The notes beneath the pieces were generated by a model. It did no database searches. It was not told where the DNA came from and saw only the letters and a list, made by a program, of their open reading frames with translations. A DNA stretch of 28,570 nucleotides from a virus. Taxonomy: Duplodnaviria; Caudoviricetes. The position numbers and the translations under genes were made by a program. This document shows, piece after piece, positions 24,224 through 28,570 of this stretch. Each line of letters starts with the position of its first letter. The first letter of the stretch is position 1. The stretch is from the IMG/VR virus record IMGVR_UViG_3300034341_000592, positions 1 through 28,570 of that record. One strand, written 5' to 3'.

Positions 24224-25432
24224 TTAACGTTTTGTTTTAATTTTAAGTCTTGAAGAATCAGCGCCAGTAACAGCTTTGACTTTTAAACCATTAATAAATA
24301 CATCGCCTGTTTGTGTCTGACGCGGTTCGTTGCTAATGTTTTTAGACTTAGCTGTTAATTCACGAACTGCATCCGCACGCCCCTGCTCATAAAAATGATT
24401 TATTACTCTGTCAGGATTGTTAGCAACATATAAAGCTTTATGATATCCACTTAAATCTGACACTTCACCTTTGTTATTCAAGAACTTCTTGATAAAGTTA
24501 CTTATATCTGATTGTTGATTTGCGACTGAAGAATTATCTTTTAATCCGTATCTAAACTTTTTTTCGCCGAGGCTGAAATCAAAACCTTTGAAATCATCGT
24601 TGAAATAAGTTTTTGTACGATCCTGAAAATTTTCAGTTCGCTGCTTTATAGTTTGCTGTTCTTCATTGTATCGATTGAAAAAGTCAACTGCTTGTTTTTG
24701 TTCCTGAGTTACGCCGGGTCTCAACTTGATCTCGTCGTAATATTTATCTTTCAGTCCCTCCAAAAAACCTTTGGCTTTTGCAACTTCTTCTTTATACGCA
24801 ATTTTTTTCTTACGTACATCTTTTTCATCATCTATATCTTCGTCCCACGTAAAATCTTCTAAAAGAATACCTACGTCTTCAGAGTCTAGATGAGGTTTGC
24901 TTTGGCGGTAATACTCCCGCAAAAGTGTATTGTTATCTACATTAGAATAATCTGCGTTTAATCTTACGTAATCCTCTAATGTTCCACCAGTCTCACCCAT
25001 AAAGTCTACAACCTTTTGAATGTTTTCTGGCAATGGCTCTGCAGTGTCTTGTGACTGCTGCACGGCATCCTCAACTTGCCCTTGCAAGGTTTCAGTTTGC
25101 TCTTGAACCTCTTCTTCTGTTACTTCTTGTATTACAGGCGTATCTTCTACCGTTTCTTCGGGCTGCCGTACTTCTTCAACCACTTCTTCGCTACTTCGCG
25201 AGTCTTCGGATTCTTTGACAGGAGCATTGCTCTCATCTGTTGTACTGACTTGAACGGCATCTTCTTGTTCTGTTTTTTCGGTAAGATCTACCTTAATGGT
25301 ATCACCTGTTTCTTGTGTTTCTTCCGGCTTTTGAGACAAATCTACTTTAATAGTTTCAGGTGCCTCAGAAAGCTTTTTCATTTTTCGAGGTTTAACTTTA
25401 AATTCACCCTCTTGCTTGACTATTTCTGCCAT
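24224..25432 (-). CDS. Acidic scaffolding-like protein
   Basis: Very Glu-rich, low-complexity N-terminal third and a helical C-terminal part. Located between the portal and MCP genes. Confidence 0.6.
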   Translation of the reverse strand: MAEIVKQEGEFKVKPRKMKKLSEAPETIKVDLSQKPEETQETGDTIKVDLTEKTEQEDAVQVSTTDESNAPVKESEDSRSSEEVVEEVRQPEETVEDTPVIQEVTEEEVQEQTETLQGQVEDAVQQSQDTAEPLPENIQKVVDFMGETGGTLEDYVRLNADYSNVDNNTLLREYYRQSKPHLDSEDVGILLEDFTWDEDIDDEKDVRKKKIAYKEEVAKAKGFLEGLKDKYYDEIKLRPGVTQEQKQAVDFFNRYNEEQQTIKQRTENFQDRTKTYFNDDFKGFDFSLGEKKFRYGLKDNSSVANQQSDISNFIKKFLNNKGEVSDLSGYHKALYVANNPDRVINHFYEQGRADAVRELTAKSKNISNEPRQTQTGDVFINGLKVKAVTGADSSRLKIKTKR

Positions 25433-25459
25433 GATAAAATATTATAAAATTAATAAAAA

Positions 25460-27865
25460 TTACTTAGGGTCGAACTGACCTAAGTCAAAACCACCTAATA
25501 CGTCGAATCCCGCGGATTCAAAGTTTTTCGGTAATGTATCGTTTTTACGCTGATCAATTAATTCTGATTGTTGCGTTGCTTGTATTTTAGTGCGCTCGTC
25601 TTTTCTGTCCTCTTTGTAAGCGTCTTTGTTTTTTAAAACTTCAGACTGAGCTTCTGCTAATTGCTTATTGAATTGGAATTCAAGTTCCATTAAGCGCATT
25701 TTAATTTCAGCCTCTCTTTCAAGTTTTTGTATTTCAAACTGCGACTTACCTTGTTCTAATTGTAATTTACTTTCAGTAAGAGCTTGTTGTTTTTGCAACT
25801 CTGCAAGAGCCGCTTTTTCTGCAGTTTCGGCATTTGCTTGCGCTTGCGCTTGTATATTAGCCTGTTGTGCTTGCTGATCTTGTTGTTGCTTTTGACGTCT
25901 TTTAAGCCTTAAGTATTTATTGGCTAAATCAATATTTTTAATATTTTGAATTTCTATAACGTCATCTAAATATATTGCTCCAGCTTGCAGTGACGCTTGT
26001 ATGTTTTGTTGCAATTGTGCCTTCTCTTCCTCGTCAGGCTCAAGCTGTAGATATATGCCAAAATCATGCAAATGTAAATCCGAAACCTCTTTTAATGTTT
26101 CAACATTAAATTGATTTATACTTTCTAATAGCGTTTCCTCTGTTAAGGCAAATTCAAATATATCTTTAGCTTTTAAAGAAATATTTTCACATAACCTAAG
26201 CGTAACAAAAGAAGCTGATTGTAATATATGCCTTGTAGCTGTATTACTATTTGCGGCTGCAAGTTTTTGCAAACCAACCAATGCATTTTTATCCGGCGCA
26301 CTACCGTCTCTTGCTTCGTTTAATCCCGTCACGTCTCTTATCATCTGTAAATAATATTGATACGTGCTAATAAGCGAAGCAATTTTGCCCTGTCCAGATG
26401 ATGTTTGCAATTCTTGGATAGGCACTTTACCAGGGTTCATATCGCCATCTTGCGTAAACGAACGGCCTACGATGCTACCAGTTTGAAAGTACATGTTTAA
26501 TGCCTCCGCCGGATTATAGTTTGTTCCGTTGCCCAAGTCTACTTCAGCTAAACCATCAACATCAACGTAAACGCCGTCTGGTACCATACGAGACATTACC
26601 TGCTGCAGCTTTAAATGTGTAAGCTGAATCATATCAGCAAACCCTGTTACACGACTTACTAATGATTCAACTTTTCCTTTATACATTCTAGGCGCAACCA
26701 AAGTATAGTTCATTTCAACTTTAGGTGAATCCGCATATGGTCTGGTCATATTTTCAGCCATCTTCCATGATAGCATTTTTTCATGACCCAATATTTTTGC
26801 CCCAGTATATAATACCTCAATTACTCTTTCAACTCTTTCAAAGTTATCGCTAGGTGGTGGCGCAAAAAAGTCTGGCTTTTCTAACGCTTTTTCTAAACCA
26901 AACTCAGTTCTTTTAATTTTAAATACTTGCTTTTCAAAAGTTTTGTATTCAAAAAACATAACACTAATTGTGTTATTATCATTTTGCCCGTAATAATTTC
27001 TTATATAGTCATTATTGCCAGGGTACTTTTGTATTTCTTCTAAATCTTGCGGTGTAAGATATGGAAAAAGCTTTGCAATTTCTGATAATGAAATTTGCTT
27101 AACCTCGCCTATATAATATAAATCGTCAAAATTAGGGTCTTCAGTGTAAGAATAAACTAAATTTGATGGATCAACATATTTCACTTGTAATCCATTTGAC
27201 TTATTATATTCTGTTTTAGCCGCACCTATACCGCATATAACTAAATCCTGTATAATTCTTTTACGAATTTCGTCGTATTTATTTTTATCTAAACAATTGT
27301 TTATAAGTTGCTCAGTAGCTAATTCAACAGATTCTTTATAATCCATTTGCATATGCAACTCAAATTCTTCTTTATTCTTTGGTAGGCCTTGCGGGTCATC
27401 TGTAGAAAAGAAATTTCGGCCAGTTTGCTCTGTTAATGCCATAAGCTGTTCATACTTTCTCATGTCCAGCATTATATTTTTAGCATACTCTGTTTTTTTC
27501 TTTTGCGCAACAGGATCCTGAGCATATGCTTTTATTTCATAGTTACGTTGCGACATACCATTCACAACAATATCTACGAATTTAGGTACAACAGGTACAG
27601 GTTTCCAGTCTAAATTAAGGTAAGATAAATCACCATTAATAGATAATTCATCTTTGTATTTTTGAATCGGCTGTTCCCCTCTAGCATATAGTCTACGCCT
27701 ATGATACTCCTGAAAATTAGCAGTAAATCTATCGCCACCACGGTTATTTCTAAACCACTCGCCTTCAATAGCTCTCGCTACTTGCAAACCATATTCTAAT
27801 GACTGCTTTTCCTCATTAGGTACCACCTGATCGGGAAACGAGCTTTTGTAATTAGTGTTAACCAT
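25460..27865 (-). CDS. Portal protein
   Basis: 801 aa directly after the terminase gene, with LDWKPVPVVPKFVDIVVNG and IRDVTGLNEARDG motifs. The long Gln-rich C-terminal coiled coil resembles a P22/crAss-type portal barrel. Confidence 0.85.
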   Translation of the reverse strand: MVNTNYKSSFPDQVVPNEEKQSLEYGLQVARAIEGEWFRNNRGGDRFTANFQEYHRRRLYARGEQPIQKYKDELSINGDLSYLNLDWKPVPVVPKFVDIVVNGMSQRNYEIKAYAQDPVAQKKKTEYAKNIMLDMRKYEQLMALTEQTGRNFFSTDDPQGLPKNKEEFELHMQMDYKESVELATEQLINNCLDKNKYDEIRKRIIQDLVICGIGAAKTEYNKSNGLQVKYVDPSNLVYSYTEDPNFDDLYYIGEVKQISLSEIAKLFPYLTPQDLEEIQKYPGNNDYIRNYYGQNDNNTISVMFFEYKTFEKQVFKIKRTEFGLEKALEKPDFFAPPPSDNFERVERVIEVLYTGAKILGHEKMLSWKMAENMTRPYADSPKVEMNYTLVAPRMYKGKVESLVSRVTGFADMIQLTHLKLQQVMSRMVPDGVYVDVDGLAEVDLGNGTNYNPAEALNMYFQTGSIVGRSFTQDGDMNPGKVPIQELQTSSGQGKIASLISTYQYYLQMIRDVTGLNEARDGSAPDKNALVGLQKLAAANSNTATRHILQSASFVTLRLCENISLKAKDIFEFALTEETLLESINQFNVETLKEVSDLHLHDFGIYLQLEPDEEEKAQLQQNIQASLQAGAIYLDDVIEIQNIKNIDLANKYLRLKRRQKQQQDQQAQQANIQAQAQANAETAEKAALAELQKQQALTESKLQLEQGKSQFEIQKLEREAEIKMRLMELEFQFNKQLAEAQSEVLKNKDAYKEDRKDERTKIQATQQSELIDQRKNDTLPKNFESAGFDVLGGFDLGQFDPK

Positions 27866-27868
27866 TTA

Positions 27869-28570
27869 TTATATTATTTTTGAACTATATCCTTTATTGT
27901 TATATTTTTTAAACCCAAGCGGTACAGATTTTATAACTTTTTCCGCAGACGGTCTATATCTGTTTTTATTGCAAGCCATAATAGCTAAGCCAGAACTAAT
28001 TGTTGCATCAAATTTTGTTCTGTTGTTTATATTAAACCCAGCCCAGTCTTCTAAGGTTTTTTGCATATACATATCACCGTATATACCTTCTGTAACTTGA
28101 CCTATATAATTTTCTATATAACTTTCAATTGCAGCAGCGTGCGCTTGCTTAATATCTTCAGACGAGTTTGGTATGCCGCCTATATCTTTTTCTGTAACAG
28201 AAAGCTTATTCCAAAGCTTATCTGGTCGGTTCATTGAAAAACCTCTATAACCTCTTCGCTTTAAATAATATAACAATCGAGGTTTATTATTTTCACACAA
28301 TAGCGGCATTCCGTAAAACACTAATGCCATAAGCACATCTTCAAAAAATATTTCAGCTGTTTGAGGTCTAGCAATATATTCTAAAAAAAACATATTAGGA
28401 GGTGCATCCTCCATGCTAAACTTGGTCAGCCCATGCAAAGATCCTTTAGATCCTCTTTTATCAACAGTGCCCGATATATCATATGAGTCACATCCAAATG
28501 CTCCAACGTGCTCATTACCTGGGTATTTAATACCATTCTTTACTATTACACGGTTTTGCAAATTTTTAGG
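27869..28570 (-). CDS. terL: Terminase large subunit, C-terminal RNase H-like nuclease domain (5' truncated by window edge)
   Basis: The frame is open to the window end. GAFGCDSYD (catalytic Asp), EYIARP, LCENNKP and KFDATISSGLA are present, and the gene is immediately upstream of the portal. Confidence 0.88.
   Translation of the reverse strand, partial: PKNLQNRVIVKNGIKYPGNEHVGAFGCDSYDISGTVDKRGSKGSLHGLTKFSMEDAPPNMFFLEYIARPQTAEIFFEDVLMALVFYGMPLLCENNKPRLLYYLKRRGYRGFSMNRPDKLWNKLSVTEKDIGGIPNSSEDIKQAHAAAIESYIENYIGQVTEGIYGDMYMQKTLEDWAGFNINNRTKFDATISSGLAIMACNKNRYRPSAEKVIKSVPLGFKKYNNKGYSSKII

Noticed and set aside
25780-25900. Repetitive TTG/TGC-rich DNA suggesting a tandem repeat
   Set aside because: It simply encodes the Gln/Ala-rich coiled coil of the portal C-terminus.
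670-28100. Numerous plus-strand ORFs of 60-141 aa, and short alternative-frame minus-strand ORFs, in the ORF track
   Set aside because: They lie antisense to or inside long, well-supported minus-strand genes. They have Ser/Phe/Leu/Cys-rich shadow composition and no recognisable motifs.
1-28570. Stop-codon reassignment, as seen in some crAss-like phages
   Set aside because: Genes are full length and tightly packed under the standard bacterial code, and TGA serves as a normal stop at 1091 and 14830.
1-28570. tRNA genes, CRISPR arrays, integrase or IS elements
   Set aside because: Intergenic gaps are at most about 100 nt and are explained by terminators or AT-rich leaders. I saw no cloverleaf, repeat-spacer pattern or recombinase motif.

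Overview
This window is part of a lytic dsDNA podovirus-type phage genome, most likely infecting a marine or aquatic Bacteroidota (Flavobacteriaceae-like) host, with a crAss-like or Cellulophaga-podophage-like structural gene order. Nearly all of it is one minus-strand late module. Read from right to left, it encodes: terminase large subunit (partial), portal, acidic scaffold-like protein, major capsid protein, a conserved capsid-adjacent protein, two tandem pairs of paralogous tail ring/tubular-like proteins, and a tail nozzle/stabilisation protein split into two genes with a small nucleotidyltransferase-like gene between them. These are followed by three probable ejected (internal virion) proteins, two small basic proteins (one missed by the ORF track) and a lysis-type cassette ending in an M15 peptidase. 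The module converges on the 3' end of a class I ribonucleotide reductase alpha gene at a bidirectional terminator. The most notable item is the 2730-aa protein, which looks like an injected polyvalent polyprotein. It has membrane-like segments, a zincin HExxH motif, a sigma70-like segment and a PD-(D/E)xK nuclease-like segment, bounded by recurring IARS/IAAS/RAAS linkers that could be processing sites. All family assignments come from motif recognition by eye and from synteny; no searches were run.
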